From Veleropilina oligotropha (Eukaryota), in NCBI GenBank assembly GCA_048128005.1, contig JBEUKZ010000092.1, positions 124,001-188,000 on the forward strand: a stretch of 64,000 nucleotides of DNA, read 5' to 3'. The position numbers were made by a program, and so were the translations under genes. Shown in pieces: positions 13,791 through 30,100 of this stretch; positions within the stretch are counted from its first letter, which is position 1, and every line of letters begins with the position of its first letter. Under the pieces are notes generated by a model. It ran no database searches, was not told the origin of the DNA, and saw only the letters and a program-made list of their open reading frames with translations.

Positions 13791-15140
13791 TCTCAACTGT
13801 GAAATCAAATACTATTCTCAATAGTGAATTAAGAACAGTACCATCTGAACAGGGTATTTTTTTGCACTGGATTTGTTTTCAAACTCATTAATGTTGTCAA
13901 ATGCCAGGCATAATGGGTGTACCAAGAATATGACCTTATGGACAGTCAAATATCTAGCCTGAATGGGTGGTTTCTCAAAATCTTTCTCACGTTCTTGAGA
14001 TTCTTGAAAATTGATTGTGTCCAAACGTATAAACATTATTGAGAGTTTCTTTCCACCAGGCTTTGACGTCAATGCGACAGTATTGTGTTTCCTACGTTAA
14101 ACTTGCTCTATTTAATTTGATATATACAGGGTGATTACAAAATATTATACTGTTCCAAAAATGTATTAAACCAATAGTGCAGCAATTTGCAGATGTTCGA
14201 TGTGCGAACCCCTTTAATTGTCACATGGCATGTAGAATCGGGATATTCAAATTATTACCAAACACGGCTTAGCATATCCTATATAAATTATAATTATCTT
14301 TATAACTATTTAAACTGCTTCGGCGGCTGAGTGGATAGCGCGTTACAAACTCAATTGAGTCAGTCAGGTGTGTTCGGGTTCGAGGCCAGCCAGCGGTTTA
14401 TTCTACCTCTTGTAATGTTAGATCTCTAATGATCGGAGCGAGACCTTAAACCGGGTGTCTCTAATAGGCTAAGGGTGAAAATAAAAGTTGACAACCAACC
14501 AGAAATAATGCATATGTTCAATAAAAAGGTATTGACATGGGTCTACAATGTTGACCCACATTTTCGCAAGTACTTCCCTGGTTATGAGGCCGTTTCACTC
14601 AAGATACCAGAATAATTGGATTTAACAGAACAACAGCCTATATATCAAGAAAATTGTATGATTAACGTATTGACAGTATCTGCTGCTGCCAACATGACAC
14701 CAAAACAAATATTAATAAGTATATACGTATATTTGTTTTCCTGGATCGAACCATGGACATTTGTATCCAATGTTTCGAGACCTACATTATAACCACCATG
14801 ATATGTTGCTTCTTGCGTCATGGTTAAATGTGTTATTGCATCTTCACAAATTGTTATGAACATGGTCATTGTCCTTTTCTGCGATACTATGGCGAATAAA
14901 CACGTCAACAAATGTACAAAAAACTCGTTCGGGACAATGACAACGCGATCAAAATTGAATATTCGGGGTAAAATGAAGTACACAATTTAATTGATTTGAT
15001 GTATACAAATGTGCAGCAGATACAAACGAAGATGTTGCAATATGTGGAAATGCAGCTGTTGCAATAATAATTTGGTGAAATAACCTTTTCTCAAACGATA
15101 AGTTAATGTTTTCATTACGTCATAACATGTTAACGTTTTG

Positions 15141-18100
15141 TTATAACCAAAATTCGTCTACGACTTTTAGAACCGACGATGCCGATTGGATGGAGAACAG
15201 CAAGAGGGCATATTGTTGCTCTACGATGTCCCACGCCTCGTCTGTTAAGGTCTCGTTATATGCTGCAATAGCAGACGACAATCCAGGGAAACTGCTTCCT
15301 TCATAAGCGTTGTTATCGCTTTGAGCGAAAATTATGTGTCTGAAAGACAAAATACATGTATAAACGTTGCAAATAAGTGATACTGGTTCAGGAGTTTATC
15401 AGTAAAATTATTTAGTCATCAGATTTAAATTTATCTTAAATTATATGAAGACATATGATAGTTAATTTCGTTGTGCCTAAAATATTGCTCATAATTTATG
15501 TTTGGAAACTGTCATCGAACTGGCTGTACGATTTGGATTCGATTTTAAGTGGGTAGCTTTATGACCACATTTTATCAATTTGCAGTCATCATAATTATGT
15601 AAGTCTGGACCTCCGTTTTGACGTCTTTATCTTATTTTCGTTCGCCCCACACATGTCTTTTATACTCTTTATCCCACAAGATACTTTTGTTCAGTATCTG
15701 GCATGGTCACCCCTTCATACAATAATTAGGCTCAACGTGCTTTGGCCATAGCTACATGAACGGAACTGACTGATAAAAAGATTCATGTGTATGTTAGACG
15801 GTATATTGTCGATTCTTATTTAAAAAGTAGTGTCGCCCTACGAGCTCGACTTCTTTTTAAATAAGACTCGACAATATGTCCGTGCAAACCCGACTGTTTT
15901 TAATGAGGCTGGACAAGCTGCCGTCTAACCAACGTAGAAGCTCATTTCATTCTCCTCTCACTAATAAATTCCTGTTGTCAAATTTGACAAACTGTTTATT
16001 TCATCGAAATATATTATAATATTACAACCCAGTGCCTAATATCCGGTTAACAAACAGGTCCATTTTGGACATAAATATTTAATTCTGGATGAATTTTCCA
16101 TTTACTTAATAATAACATTTGAGGAAATGTCGGATTTATTCGAATCAGTGTATATCGAACGAACTATTTTTGTTTTGTTTGACTTGGATAGAGTGCATAT
16201 TAACAACATTCAAGTTCAAACTAAGACATGTCCATAATATCGCGGGAGGAATTTTCATCTGTCCGAGCAAACCCGCCCTTTTCGGCCAGTTTTAGACAAC
16301 TGTCCCTGGTAACTGAACAAAGAACGCTATTGACCCAACCGAGATACGATTGCACGTTAGGCAGAGCAGTCAAGCTATTGAATCCATAGTCGGAACATGA
16401 GACCACACGGTTACCGGAACGGCCATGAAAGTAGATAATCCGACAACCTGTGCATTAACTGTGGTTAGGTCATATAGGTTTCGGAAACAATTTATGCATG
16501 ATAATTCATATATATATGGTACATTGTATTGTGACTACCATACCGGCGGTTAGGGTGGCCAGGGATTCCTGAAGGATTCAAGAAGGCCCGTTCCAGCTGC
16601 ATAATCCGATCGTTAAACCGTCTCAGAACGAGCTCGCTGGAAAACAACATATATCATCAAATAGGCTTGAGCATCATAATCCAAGCCGCGCTCCTTACAA
16701 TGTTTCACTCTCAATGTTTTTATTGGATACTTGTATGCTTCATTTTACACCCTTTAGGATCCTACTCGCAAACTGCCACATTATCGAGGGGGGATAACTC
16801 GGTCGCCATGAAAAATAGTTATGGACCAATATGACTGTTACAAGGCACCGAACACAAAAATTGGAACCAAATCATGTGAAGGTATTGCAATCGGCACCAG
16901 TGCAAAATATACCGATTACATATGTCTTTGTCTTTCAGAGACTAAATTGTAACACTATGGGTAATATCAATCAGATGTAATATCAAGACGTATATGTAAT
17001 AGATAATAGATTGTCAGAATGAGCGTTAAACAGACCGAGTAATTAACAGACCGAGCCACAGCGAGGCTGTTAAGCTTATAGCGCCGGGGGTGGCATCTGT
17101 ATTATCTGTTATACCCACCGTGGAAATCTATTGTAAATTGCAAGCTGAAACCATTGAAATCATGCTCTAGCTGGCGATATGGTGGTCAATTGAGTCGACT
17201 CCTCCATTGGTATCTTGTCAAATATATTGTCACTCAATTTAATATGGCTAGCTAGCCGAGCTAGCCATTGTCTGGAAACAATGGGTCAATTAACACTAGG
17301 AGGCTTTTTGTTCACATTGCAGAGCCCATGGTGTGTATAATTATTGCAAGGAAAACCATTCCAGCTTTGGCTCTCATAAAGTAATCATTTATAGTCCTTG
17401 GATGGTACTTTCTTGTTCGCAAGTACTTTGAAATTGAATATACCAAAGTGTTCTTTACAAGCTACTGACTGTCATCGACTGCTCAACTGGTAAGAGCGTC
17501 TGAAAAACGTAAAATGTGACGTAGGATGTAAGTTCAAACCCTCGTTATTCTAACGCTTAAAACTAATTGAAGGAATATCCCTAATGTATGTCGGTCAGAT
17601 CGGAGTGAGACCTTAAACCGGGTGCCCTAGGAGACAGCGATTATGCTGCAAATGGCCCCAAAAGTGGTCGTAAAACAAATTTGCCTTACCTTATCTTACA
17701 AGCTACTGATATGCATGCCCCCGGTATATTTTGACCGATATTCCAATGCCCTATACTTATTCTTACCTTGGAGCAAGAGATATTCCTATTTTGATTTAAT
17801 TTGTTTAATTTTATGACCAAATGTTAACAAATATTCAGTTGTGCCTGTTGTCGGGCGAAGGTTTAACGTCTTTATTTTTCAGGCCAGTGATTACGACAGC
17901 GCAGGTGCAGCAGAGTCACGTGGCAGCAAGAAATTCAAAGCTAGCACAATATTATATTATTTCTTACTCTTTCATATCGATATCCTCTATTCGGTCCATG
18001 AAATCACTGGCATCTGTCGTAAAGTTTGATATGAGGTCATACAACCAATCTGAAATGGAATTATCCTCGTGCTAAAAATGGAATACAAAACTCAGAGTTT

Positions 18101-21100
18101 CAACTACAAATTTTAATTGAGACAATATAAAAACATTTTGGCAGACATTGGGAAATGCTGAAAGAGGTTTATCGTTACATGTATTCGTTAAAAAATATTT
18201 ATTTCAACGAAAGCACACTGATATAAAACATTTTAATTTCGACTATCGCATTCGGGTATCCACCAACAATGTAATTTTGTGATTGGTTAACACTGTTATA
18301 TTCCTACGCACACGCAATTCAGGCTTCGGCATGGTCGCACTATGTAACATTTGATTTTCTGAAATTTATATATACTAGGACCTTTTACTTACCGGTGCTC
18401 ACGTTGCGCTCGTGGAATAAGCCCGCATTTAAAGCCATGAATGAATCGGCATATTCTGATAATGCTATAGCGTAATCGACGACGTCAGACGGTAGCAATG
18501 GTGAGTCAGCGAGGTTTCGCGCCATTTCAATCCAAACTTGTCCGACGGCTTTATGATACTTAAGAGAAGTGGAACAGTATATTGTTTTATCATGCTACTT
18601 ATATTTATACAAAATACATTTAAGACGAAAGAATCATATAGTTGTGTGTCCGAATATATTTCACTTAAACCTAGACAAGAGAAAAAGGAATGAATCATTG
18701 CTTAATATCCTCTATATTTCCAACCATTAGGTTCAAAGCAGGACATGTCCATATTATCGCGGGTGGAAAGCCCGATCGCCCGGGGAAACCCACCCTCTCC
18801 GACCAGTTACGGACGACTGTGAATGATAACTTGAACAAACAAGGTCATGTCCCATCCGAGATTCGAACCCATTACTGTTCACGTCAGAGGAATCAAGCCA
18901 GTGATTTTTCGGAGTCTGCAACCGCAACCACACGACGGTCTACACACAGACAAGAGGTGAAAATGTTATTTTGTTATATCATAGGAGAGCACAGAGTTAT
19001 CAACAAACCTATTATTATTTATTTCATGTTACAGATACATAGAAAATGTAATGTTCGATATGTTAATATTTATATGTGGACCATAATGTAACAAGCCACG
19101 CTGAAACGAGAAGGCTGCTGAAAAATATGAAAGCATCGATCCACATCCACCCACAAATCCGTAACTAAATATAATTACCTTAAATCCAGGATCAAGAAAC
19201 TGGTCGATCAGGTAGAATGATTCGTAAGCAGAATGGTACAATGGATCTCCACCCTGATGAGAAAATATATACCTTTATTGATATCCCCCTATCCCGCCCC
19301 ACCCTTCCCCTCCCCCTTTTCACCCCCACACCTGCCTGCCCCCACCCCTGCCCTCTATCCATCCCAAGGCTTTCACAAGCAGCTCACGCTATCTCTTTAT
19401 ACGAGTATACAACAGTGAACTTGACCAATTCGAACGGGCGCAACAGTAAACAATACGAACGGGCGCAGAAGCCGGAAGTGCCAAACCGACAAACCGCAAG
19501 CAAACAACAATTACTGTTTATATAGATTATAGAAGCAACTAGAGTTAATAATATCGAATGTTTGATAAATATTTGTGAACAATAGCATATATAATGTATT
19601 GATATACGTTGCTAAAATACATACGACATATATGCACACCTACATTTGTTCATTAACCGCACCGGTAACAGAGTGGAGATAAGTGCGGACTCCGAATTCA
19701 CTCGCTTTGCTGCTGTGTTTAAAAGATTTGGGTTCGAATCTTCGAGGAATTCATAGTCAAGATCACAGGGCATGAAGTGATGGAAGGCTCTCCCTAGCAA
19801 CCAGGTTTCTCCAACGATAACATGGACATGTCCTCCTGTATGGACCTGCATTTCGTTTAGAATCCTAGATTCAAACAAACTAAAACATTTGTTCATTATA
19901 GATCTATTCTTGGGTATAAAATCCAAGTTATACAATGCAAGAACAACCATACATACTTTTACAATTGACTGTAAGGTTGGTAAAGTGAGTTGTACCAAGT
20001 ATTCGCACCGTCACACATGCATAAATCCGATAACTGGTAGCTAAAGAAAATTTGAGCTTAATTTGAAATTTGTACGGCGAAGCGTTCTAATTAGCAAAAT
20101 TAGCAAACCCCAAATTGCATTATAAAATCCGGATCCGATTTCCGATTCGGATCATGTTTGAGGATAACCAAGAGTGGACGCTATATCGTGTACGATAAAT
20201 GAGTCAATCGGATCAATGGCTGTTGAGATATGCTCTCGCACAGACAGACAGACAAACCGGTCAATTGCAATTTGCATTACCTTCTCGTACCACAACTTGA
20301 GCGAAGGTAATTACCTTTTTCGCAATATATCGTAAGTCTGCGACTGACACTCCGGCCGCAACAAGAAAAGTGGCGAAGTCGCTTCCGGACCCAGGCACTT
20401 CTATTCTAAAAAGACATACATGTATATGTTAATTAACGCTAATCCATTTATATATTATAAAGTATAGTGTATCGACATGACGCGACATTGTGGACATTAT
20501 AAGAATCGACAAAATTAACAGCTATTATAAATACATTTTACTGTTACTCTGGTAAGATCAATGAATACTGATTATTAACCACGTGACACTGTTGAACATA
20601 AAACGATTCTGAAACCGTACTAGAACGTTGTATTACTGTGAGGAAAAAGCGATTAACAACACTTATATCATATGATCTTATCTCTCGCATCAATTTAACG
20701 ATACCTTTTGATCGACATTAATTATCATATGATTCATTAATATCAAAAATAATTAGTTAAACATGCTATTCCGATTCATTTTCCATAAATACATTGCTTA
20801 CATAAAATAAAAAATGATCGAACATTATCATATGGCTAGTCTCATTTCGGTCCCCTACATTAACTGTTAATGTAGGGGACCGAAATGAGACTAGCCGTGG
20901 GTTGCCGACGATGTAACTAACCTGGGTAAGCCTGATTTTAAATCTTCACCGCTGAGACCCTTCTTTTTATTTGAAGTATAAAGCCAGGTCTCATATACAT
21001 CGTCTCTCCCCACTTTCACTTCACTCACATCTGGATTGGGGACCTGTAAACATATTTTTATGGATATCGATTAAGGAGAATTATTTTAAAGATCATGTGC

Positions 21101-24100
21101 GGTATATATCTCAACTCGGTATCGTTATAGAGATTGTTACATTGATGGAGCAAGAGATATGCTTAATTTCGTTTGATTTGTGACAAAATTTTCAGTCGAT
21201 TTCAGGGGCGCGTAATGCATTCATGCATGATAGCCTTTGTTTATTCAGTCAACTAAAATATCAATCTGGAACACTTCCAGATGACGTTCATAATAAACAA
21301 TAACAGAAGAGGGGATTTCCCATATTCACCATCGTCTCCTCCATGTACGTCTACTAAAAATCATCGACCCGGTTATGACTCAACTATCGTTGGCGATCGA
21401 CTCAGTATATACTTAATATCCTACAAAATATTATTCATATCTAAATCATAACGTCTCATGCGATTTTACGGTTAGCACCAGGCTGTTGACTAAAAATATA
21501 ATATATGCAATCGTTTCAAGCAGACCACGTCAAATACCTTTAATTCGAATCGATTTCTTACCTTAGCCGCTGCTGCATATGCTGCGTTTGACAATAGTGG
21601 CACCCCTCTAACACGCAATTCATAGTGCCCTGTCATGAACATATTAAATACAGTGTAATTGTATGCAAAACTGCACCCGTTCGATTTTCGAATAGTATTT
21701 ACAGTAATTGTAAAATTTCGATATTGACATTACTTTTTTATAAACAAAGCGAAATTACAATAGTGAAACTTCTCATGAGATGTTTTTGTGCTCACCTCTT
21801 GACCGTAATGTTTAGGGATTTATGTCTGATCAGGAAGACCATGACGTTATATCGTTGACCCGTTGGAAGTAAAAGCTTGAGAGGCCTCTGATGTATTATG
21901 CAGGGCAATTTTGTTTAATAATGTCGTAAATTTTTGAACAAATAAATACATGAGTAAACGAACAAGTATAAACAAAATAAGCTGACAGACTTCCCTGGCG
22001 AGGGACAGAATGCTCAAAATTGAATGTATTGAATGGTATCTTGAAGAAAATTGAACTCTTACCGGAAACAGGTATATCTATGTTGAGATACGCAACAACC
22101 CGTGATTGTATATTCTTTATGTATTGCTATAAACAAAAATAAACCATTCTAAAACACGTAGGTTCACAACTTATTAATCGTATTAATAATAGTTTTCGAT
22201 ACACAATTGATTCGGAAAACAAATTCCTGAGGGATTTGAAATTAATGACAAGTCAGCAGTAAGAAATGTAACACATACGTGCATGCGCGGATAGCCATGC
22301 AATGAGAATGCTTGCATAATTTAATTTAATCCCTGCACCATCACACTTCAATTATCATTCAATATCTATTCATGTTAATAGATTCCAAAATAGAATATGC
22401 GCCCAACGCTCATACATAAATATCCACCTTTGGCAACCAATGGACTATCTCATTACGTCCCCCATTCGTAAGTCGTAGACCAACTCCTTCTGAAACACTC
22501 GTATTGTCAACGATGACTTGCATAATATATATTCATTACCAATAAATAAATGTTTACCTCGACCCACTCCGTGGACCCGACCAGACCGTATTCCTCGGCA
22601 TCCCAGCTACAAAATATAATAGTTCTTCTTGGACGCCAATTTTCTGTAAATCAGATTTTGAAATAATAATTTAAAAATGTAATAGTACATTTTATTTTGT
22701 TGGTAGTTGCTAAAATTACCGACATACGTTTTTTCATGACTCTAATTAAGACAATAACTAAATTTAAAGGGTACTTCTTTGTTATCTCCACCCACTATTG
22801 AAAATCGCTAAACCACACATACAAGTACGCATATTCAGGGTAGTACCATAAAGGCAAATGCAGCTTGCGATAAGATACACGTGATGGGTACGTAGTTGTA
22901 TTGGCTTTACAAACGTATATACACCGGACCGCCCCGTGAGCCTGGACTGACCGCGGTTCACCTGTTGCTAGTCCCCATGGATTTAACAGTTAGTAATCAT
23001 TGTTGCATGTTTATTTCCAATTGACCTAGTTGGAGCACAGTTGCGTTGCTTTTTGCTCGTCAAGTAAAATAGCTTTTTACTTCACAATAACATAAATGGA
23101 TCTAACCTGAATATGCTTACTTGTATATGTGTTTTAGCAATTTTCAATAGTGGGGGGGGGGGGGGGAGATAACAAGGAAGTACCATTTAAAGGACACGTT
23201 TATTTTGTCCGTTATATATAAATATCAGCAGTCAAATGTCTAAATATCCAGTTAATGGCGCACACCTCGGCGATTTTTTTTTTGATCTTTCCGTCCTTTA
23301 ACAGTGATATCGGTGTGCGATCACAAACTCGCGATATCGCACTGTTGTCAACCTGTATTGTTATATGACCTGGTATTTTCGCCCTTTCTCATTGTCTAAA
23401 ATTCGATCACGTGACATTGATTATGACGTTATGTTCGTGTTGTGTCAGGTCAATATAACGAATCCGTTGACCTGTTCTATTCTGATTGGCCAGAAGACTG
23501 TCACGTGATCGCTCGCCAGGTCAATATAACGAATCCTTTGACTTGTTCCGCTCCTATTGGCTAAAAGGTGAATCCGTTGAATTGTTCTGCTCTTATAGTC
23601 TATAAGTACATATTATACAGTTTTGGACTTTTGTGGTGGTGAATATGATGTGATATGAACCTAAAAATTGATATCAGTTTTTTTAGGTTCATATCACATC
23701 ATATTTACCACCACAAAAGTCCATAACTGTTTTATTATATATTTCAACCGCAAACATATCTGTTCTCTAAATCAAATTGTCAATTAAAAGTTCAATTATG
23801 TCAACAAGAAATATACCAAACTAAACTATAGTTTGCAAAGTTCAAAATGCGATTTTCCAAAATAATTGGCAATTATTTAACAATAAAATAGTAATGAACT
23901 GCATATTGACATACAAATAAACAATATGTCACAGTATGTCAAGGTGTTCAATCATCAGAAAATGAAGCAAAACGAACCGTCGTTTCAAATGTGTCAACAA
24001 TTGTGGTCGTCAGCAACTGTCATCAGCTCGAGTCGCACGTGCAATTCGATGGAAATCGACATATATTTGGAAAGTTCATATTCACCGATTTCTTTCAGAT

Positions 24101-27100
24101 TGACCAAAAAATGGTCAATATCATATTTATGGACTAATCACGTGTATAGGATTCGGCCAATGAGAGTGCCTTTATTTATATAGTATATACTAAATAGAGG
24201 TTATCGAACGAGTGTCTATTTCATATGAGAATTATGAAACGAGTCGGGCACAATTTATGTACCGAGCCTTGGCGAGGTACATAAATTTGCTGACGAGTTT
24301 CATAATTGTCATATGAAATGGAAACAAGTTTGATATCTTAATTCTTTATCACATGACTTTATTTACCTTTAAACTTATTTTATTGCGTTTTTGAACTCAT
24401 TTCTTTACGTTTTAAAACTAATTTATCTCAGTACTTTCAGCCATAAATTGCCATACCCCAGACGCATCACGCCTCGAAAGCACGCGCCACGCCAGTACGC
24501 CAATAAAAAATAGTTCAACATATTGGCTTTGTCAGTAATCGACGTGTCATAGCGTATGAATTATTCAATATGTTAATGAGGGTGATGCGCCGCCTAATCG
24601 ACTTGGCCGCCAGATGCGACGACCGAGCGTCATATGCTCGCCCCCATTTGCATACTTATGAGACGTGTCTTTTGTATCGAAATTTATGGAACGGCTTCTA
24701 CCATTCCATAACAGCTTTGTCTTGTGATAATTGTGTATTATTATATACTATATAAATAAACGCACTCTCATTGGCCGAATCCTATACACGTGACTAGTCC
24801 ATAAATTTGATATTGACCATTTTTTTTGTCAATCTGAAAGAAATCGGTGAATATGAACTTTGAAAATATGGTTTGCGGAACGCCCCTTTATATGTCGATT
24901 TCCATCGAATTGCACGTGCGACTCGAGCTGATGTCAGTTGCAGACGACCACAATTGTTGACACATTTGAAAAGACGGTTCGTTTTGCCTCATTTTCTGAT
25001 GATTAAACACATTGACATACTGCGATATATTGTTTACTTTTATGTTAATATGCAATTCATTACTATTTTATTGTTAAATAATTGCCAATTGTTTTGGAAA
25101 ATCGCATTTTGAACTTTGAGACTATATTTCTTGTTGACATAATGGAACTTTAAATTGACAATTAGATTTAGAGAACAGATATGTTTGCGGTTGAAGTATA
25201 TACAAAACAATTATGGACTTTTGCGGTTGGTACATATGATGTGATATGAATCTAAAAAACTTATATTGACCTCGGCTATCGCCTCGGCCAATATAAGTTT
25301 TTTAGGTTCATATCACATCATATTCACCACCGCAAAAGTCCATAATTGTGTATTATCACGTGACAAAGCTGTTATGGAACGGTAGAAGCCGTTCCATAAA
25401 TTTCTACACGAAAAGACACGTCGCATAAGTATGCAAATGAGGGCGATGACGCAGAAAAAACACAAATGTAACGAAATTATAAATCTGGCTATGCTTATAA
25501 CTATAAACATTGTAACATAGTTGTAAACAGTTTAATGATTGAATCGTTACATTTACATGGCATGCAGTGAAGTGGAAACATTGGAACAATATACATAATG
25601 ATGAAAACGTCAATAGTAAAAAATATCGCAAGCAATAATTATTCCTGTTCGCGAGTGCACGTGACTCGGTGGGGTTTTCGTTAAGTCAATTATAGTACTC
25701 TACACCAATTCGTTGTTTTGGATATCGGAACAGTTTGCGTGGGTTGCATCCATGTCAATCAAACTCGCGCTCTGAAGTGCGCTCGTTTGATTAACATGGA
25801 AGCCATTCAGGAAAACTGTTCAGATATCCAAAACAATGAATTGTGACTCGTATTATAATTATTACATAAAAATGGATAATACGTTGGCCTTTACCTTTTT
25901 TATAAAGGTTTCCCATGACTCTAGATAACTCCAGCATCACAGCGGTTCCCCCAGACGGATCCGCTGCCCCGAATACCCATGCATCTCTATGGTTACCAAC
26001 TAGAACATACCTATCTACAATATAAATGAATTAAGAACATAATGTAGAAATGGTTTAACCGCTAATAAAATATAAAAGATAAAGTAATGTTATAAGAGTT
26101 ATCTGCCGTGATGTTGTTCCTTATTAAATCGCACACACTGTAAGGCGACCACGTGAAGAAACGCCTATTAAAATTGGATCATAAAAACATTCACAGTGAC
26201 ACGGCAGCACCGTTATAATGATGGATATGACGCAATCGCATAACAAGAGGCATTTCGACGTATATAGCTCCGCTGAATAGGGATGCATCAATAACGTCAA
26301 AACAACTTTAAAAATTTGGGCGGCACTTCCTCATGTAATAGCATACCAATATGCAGGACGGATAAAGTTCAAATTCCATGACTAACATATTTCTAATATT
26401 AGCAGGATAAGTTAAGAACATCATAAGCAATGGTCATTCCAAATTAGAAAAAAGTTATCAGACAGTTTCGAAGATATTCACATTTGAAATCAAAAGTTGC
26501 CACAGAAGCAGATTTTCTAGTCCAAAAAGGTAAAATTCAGAAAAACCGAGCCGTAGATTTTTCTAATTTTTGCAGGATATGGTTTATAACATCATAAGGA
26601 ACGCTCATGCCAAATAAGAAAACAAGGTATCAGACAGTTTCGGAAATGTTCACAGTTTAAGTCAAAAGTTGACGACGGACGACCGACGGATGTACGCCGG
26701 ACAAAGCAGTATAAGTAAAGCTCCGTTGACTACATCACAGCAGAGATAAGAAGACAAAGCGCAGACAATGTTTATTGAGTCTTGAATACTAAACGATTTT
26801 ACTTGATAACAGTACAGGGGCTCGTAACTCCAACCGTTCTTCGTGAAGAGTGGCGAGAGTTATGTGCCCCGGTTATAACAGTTGGTGTGATTTCCGATTA
26901 CCTCTGCGCAGCGCAGGATAATATTGATTTGCATCTAGACTATACGCAGCGAAAGAGATAAATTGCATTGTTAGTTATTTTTCACTACTAAATTCGTTTT
27001 GGTATCATCAAATTGCAGAACATGTCTACATTCCATCTGAAAATGTTAGGTAAAGTTATTCATCCAATGCAGTGTTGCTTATTCCAAATACTTTCATTAA

Positions 27101-30100
27101 AATTGTGACGGTCGAACGTTATCCATATCCGACTCGATCACAAATATTAATAGCTTAAATTTTACAGAAACATTTGAAGATACTCTTACCTGGTTCCACA
27201 ATCCCTTTGATAATTCCGAAGACATTTTGGATTGTCTTTCTTTCGTTTTTTGTATTGATATCCATTTTAACAGTCCTTCAAATTAAGGTCAAAAAATTAG
27301 TTACCGACATTTTGTACAACATAAACAATTCTTAATAGATTAAATATATGTGTGAATTTCAGATTAAATACTAATGTTCCATCAATGTATAGCCCTGATA
27401 CAATAACACTGTTGAATATAATTTAATATAATAATTCAATTTTATTTAGGGAAGTTCGTGATGTGGTGTAAGCACTTATTCTTATAAGTGTATCAACATA
27501 TATATGTTCGTATGCAATGCATACCCGTAGTAGCAACCATTTTAATCTTCTAATTTTCACAAATGGGTCTTACCAATTAGTATTTTGGAAGCCAGGTCCA
27601 AGCTTGTATATGATGTTTAAACGTCCCTGCCAGTCCTTTGGTGCATTTTCGCCCGTCATATTCCTACAGAATAAATTATTGATAAACACAACATTACTTA
27701 TATTAATGCCATTACTAATATCAATACAAGGTCGCCCCCGTGGCTGAGTGGGTTAACGTTTTGCTCTAAATTTATCGTTACTGATTGCGCTGCTCACTTG
27801 AGTGGTTTCGAATCATAAGCTCGGAGTGTTTGTATAGTTAACAGTAGCCATTGCCCATAACGTGTGCTATTATATACTTTATAAATAACCACACTTCCAT
27901 TGGCCGGATACCATGCACGTGACTAGTCGTCAAATATTCATGTACACCGTTTTCCCAGTATATATCAACTTTCTATAATTCTATAATATAATTTACGGAA
28001 CACCCTTTTCTATTTAAATTTCCATCGAGTGCAAGCACCGTCAAGCCGATGCCAGTTGCAGACGACCACAATTATTGTTGACAACGTTTAAGCGAACGTT
28101 CGTTTTGCAACAGTTTCTGAAGATTAAACACTTGGATCCATCGTTTATTTTTTGTTAATTTGCAGTTGATTACTATTTTATTGTTAAATAATTGCTTAGT
28201 GTAAAATTACATTTGAACTGTGCAAATTATAGTGTAAAGTTGTATAATTATTTTAATTGACAATTATAAAACAGGTGGTTATGTTTGAAGTATATAATAC
28301 AACATTTATTAAATATGATGTGATATGAACCTAACAAGCTTATATTGACCTCGAATAACGCCTCTCTAAATATATGAAGGTTTTTAGGTTCATAATACAT
28401 CATGTCCTCCACCGCAAAAATCCATAATTGTATATTATCGTGTGACAGGCTAATCCGCGACAATAATACTAGTACTAATCCTAACACAATCAGTAATAAT
28501 AATATTAATCCTGTTACTACCATTAACGATATTACTGTTTATAAAATTAATAAGTAATAATAACCAACAAGATTTAGTCATTTAACATTATATGTATTTT
28601 TAAAATAAGCAAATATTACCCCAATAGCTCTTGAGCAAATCCATATCCAACAGGCTGCACTGGGATGGTTGGTAGATGTGCATCCTTCTCCTTTGATCTA
28701 TAGGCAAATTCTGAAATTTAATGCAAGTGTTAGCATATAGTTAATTCGAAGACTCAGGGGCACACGCATACCATAGTCGATAATCACTTTCTTATATTTG
28801 TTACTACATTTTTATAATGTTACACTATTGTAATACTCATTCTTCAAAGTGTATTGGCTGCGTTCATGAGTGAGTTTGTAACCACCAAAAAACAACGTTT
28901 ATATTACCGGTATAAGATTATTATATAATATGATACTTTGAAGACGTCTACAACGTTTAGAGATAATATAATGTCACATCCATTAAATATGTTAATTTTA
29001 TAGAATGCAATACAATCATGTAATCCTACAATGTGGGATGATTTGAATGCGTCGTTATTTTGTAAATATTCAATCCAATTCCTTTGTGATTATCAACGGT
29101 GTGGCCTCCTATGCGATAACGTTGTGGCCTCCTAGGCGATAACGGTATGGCCTCCTAGGCGATAACGGTGTGGCCTCCTAGGCGATAACGATGTGGCCTC
29201 CTAGGCGTTAATTTGCGAGAAGTCAAACGGATGGCAACAATGCTGATTTATGTGACAAAGATAGCACTTTCTTTTTTACATTAATATTATTTGATTCGTC
29301 ATTGATAACCGTTAACTGTTGGCTTGAAAACTATTTAAATGTAACAACATCTATATGTATTTGGAAATATATATATACGTTCGCATGTAACATGTTTTGC
29401 AATAGTATATTTGCAATCACAAATCATCAAATAAACTATATTTATAATAATTATTATATACTCCACTGGCGATAATGATATATGGGATTGCACACCGTTG
29501 GCAGGGTATCCGTATGTCAGGGGATCACCATCTATCATCTTCACGGTTCCTCGTTGTACACCAGTAGCAGGAAGGTATTCTGAATCCGGATACGCGGTCA
29601 TGTTATTCGGTGGTCCGTATTTTTCAGGATCAGAATATATTATCAAACCGATGGCTCCAAACATTTCAGCAAAGTGTGCCTATAATATCAATAAGGATGC
29701 TTACTTGAAACATGTGTAGCTTGGAGCAAATTTGCGAATGTTGTGATTGTCTGTACAGTACACTATATGCAATCCACAAGATTAAGCAACACGATATATT
29801 TGTTGGAATACCATTAATCTCTGTTATTATCATATATTACATAATTGTCACGTTTGATTATATACGATTTATTTATTTTAAATTATTGTATGTTATTTTT
29901 CACATGGTATTATTACTATATAATTTGCAAATACCCTGGAGGTATATTTAAAATTTGCATTTAGTAATTTGAAAGAAACGGTACTTGAAGAACATACCTT
30001 ATTTCCCCTGAATATTCTTCCATATCTCACGATGACAATCTTTCCTTTGACTGGAACAGTGGCATTCAAAGTTATAAAATCTTCCAATCTGCCATAATTG

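Noticed and set aside
29097..29210. Regular 23-bp repeats resembling a CRISPR array
   Set aside because: Head-to-tail units with no spacers in a eukaryotic intron: a minisatellite.
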